From assembly GCA_028023455.1 (NCBI GenBank), contig JAQFVV010000005.1, positions 17,608,001 to 17,672,000 of the forward strand: 64,000 bases of DNA, written 5' to 3'. The stretch is from Epiperipatus broadwayi (lineage: Eukaryota > Animalia > Onychophora). A model generated the notes under the pieces. That model did not search any database. It worked only from the letters and a program-made list of their open reading frames with translations, and had not been told where the DNA came from. Position 1 is the first letter of the stretch. Every line of letters begins with the position of its first letter. A program made the position numbers and the translations under genes. Below, one piece after another: positions 61,701 through 64,000 of this stretch.

Positions 61701-64000
61701 AGTATTTTCCCGCGCGACTTTTCCGATGCATCCTCTGGGTACTTTTATTCAAATATCTAAATAAAATTTTTCTGTTTCCATAGATCCATTTTCATTAAGT
61801 AATTTAATTTTATATTTTTTCCAAATCAAGCCTTTTCTCCATTGAATTCTTTATAATATTTTTCTAATTCCTCTTAGATAAAGTTTTCGGCTCCTTTTCT
61901 CTAAAACATAATAACTCTTTCATATTGTTCTATAACTTTTTCTTTATTTTAAAATTCTGATACTATATTTTTAATAATGTTTTCCTTTAAAAGATAAACA
62001 TTCTTTCTTCACTATACATTTGCATAATTTTTCTTTACAACAAAAACGCATATTAAATTTTCCCATAGAGAAGAATAAAATAACTTCAAAGTAGCCTTAT
62101 AAAATTGGTGCGTCATAATTTTTTTTTTTGACGGCAAGTAACTTCTCTTTTAAATTTTCATATAGCGTCCCCATTATATTTCTCTGAGTTATAATACTAA
62201 GTTTCTGGTTGAGCATAAATAAAGCTGTATTAAGACACTTTCCAAATATTTTTCCTTCAGCAATATTTTTAGGTATTTTTCCTTGTACTTCCATCTCTAC
62301 TGTAGGTTTTGATTAAACTCGAATAAAATTCCCTGGTAAGATAACTTTTAAAATTAGCAATCCATGTAGAGGCAGTCAAAATATATTATATGTTACAGAA
62401 GAACTTTTAAAATAAATATAAAATTTTAAATTTATATCACTTTTCCAGCTATGGTGTTATCAGCTACAAAAATATGTTACTTTCTCTTTCACTTACACAT
62501 TACTTCTCCCTCCCGCTTCGTATAATTCTTATATTTTGTCTGCTAATTTACCTCCGTTGATTGGTTAATGACTTTTTAGCGCGAACCAATTTATCCATTT
62601 AGTTTGATAACAGAATAGACGTTTAAAATAAAGAATTGATGACGTAATGTCTTAAATATTATTTAGACTAGTATTTTTAACTTCAATTTTAGTTTCATCA
62701 AAATTATTTAAACTTTTAAAAACAATTATTAAAACAATATTTAATATTTTAACTTTTACTTTAATGATCGATGGCAATTATATCTAGTTTCAAATTCACA
62801 AACTTTATTATTATTTTAACAAGCGTGTGTGTGAAGGTATATAATATACAGTCACGTTTTTACTAACTTTATCAAATAATTTTTTATTTACGTCTCGGTC
62901 TAAATTACCAAAACTGATATATTTTATAAAAATTTGGAAAATAATTAAAACTTGTAGAACTAAATATAATTCTCACCATCTTAAAGTCTATTTTAAAATA
63001 TACTCTATTAATTTTGGCTATTAAATACAATTATAATACTACATATAGCATTTATTTACTTTATTAGTTTTAAAAATATTATATTCAAATTATTATTATA
63101 CTTTTAACTATTCATAGCTGTGTTATTTTATATGGCCAGCTTTTACAACCATAAGCAATGATATTATTAAGCTTTATTTAACTGTTTTCTCTTAAAATAA
63201 TCTATTACATTTTTATATACCAGGTATTTTCAGCTTTAAATTGTATTATAAAATTTAATTATCCTACTATTATTTATATATCATACAAATATAACTTAAA
63301 ATTTAAAATTTTTTAATAATTGACCTTTCTACCTTATTATGACCTACAGATAAGGACACAATATATATATATTAAAAATATGGTACTTATTATATGGCAT
63401 AGATTTAATGCCAAAATTACATTATAAATATTAGAGGCTACAATGAATTGATAAATATTGTAAAATATCTTTAATATATTATTGTATTGTCTAATTTCTA
63501 GACCTGATTTGTATTTTTATATATGCATTCATAAAGGTCCTTCTGGTGGAAAGATAGCATATTCATTTGCTATAGGGATTTGAAACAAGGCCAGAAAAAT
63601 TATTTTCCAAAAGCTTAGTATTATTCTGCAATTCATTGATCCATAGACAAGCCATTTAACCATCCAATATTAGTCAGTAAATAGATATCTAGCTATTTTT
63701 GTCTAAAGAGTAAAACAAGGGTGGAAAAACATTCAAATCATCATTAACCAGAAATTGGAAAATACTAGTGAGTATTGCTTCTTATTTTAATGTGAGGAAT
63801 TGCTGTAGAAATCTTAGTAATGCAATGAACTACATGTAGATGCTTTTTTAAAAGCTTATATACAATCTTAAAAACTGATCAAAAAAAAAAACTTTTCCAA
63901 ACTTTATAGATTTTCCAAATGGTTGCTATTATATGATAATGAAAAAAAAAATGCTTATCAAGAGTTTGAGACACTATTAAAAATTACAGTGGGCAATGCA

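Overview
Very AT-rich eukaryotic (probably arthropod; inferred) genomic DNA. The window appears to lie inside huge introns of a RIM-binding protein (RIM-BP/Rbp, RIMBP2/TSPOAP1 family) gene on the minus strand; two consecutive coding exons are visible (34099-34221 and 8329-8436, about 25.7 kb apart). The introns are packed with transposon debris: a decayed Penelope-like element with pseudo-LTRs, a full-length intact-ORF RTE LINE whose 5' end is an HDV-like ribozyme, a decayed L1/Tx1-type LINE, a Buster/hAT transposase relic, an internally deleted Gypsy LTR element, a Gag-like coiled-coil ORF, MITEs, tRNA-derived SINEs and satellites. The most striking feature is a dense set of small non-coding self-cleaving-ribozyme retroelements: at least four unrelated sequence families carry minimal type I hammerhead ribozymes, nearly always as head-to-head inverted pairs bounded by candidate 10-15 bp target-site duplications, including a 1.6 kb insertion made of ~435-nt hammerhead-delimited tandem monomers (retrozyme/circRNA-like). 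All structures were read by eye; ribozyme activity is untested.
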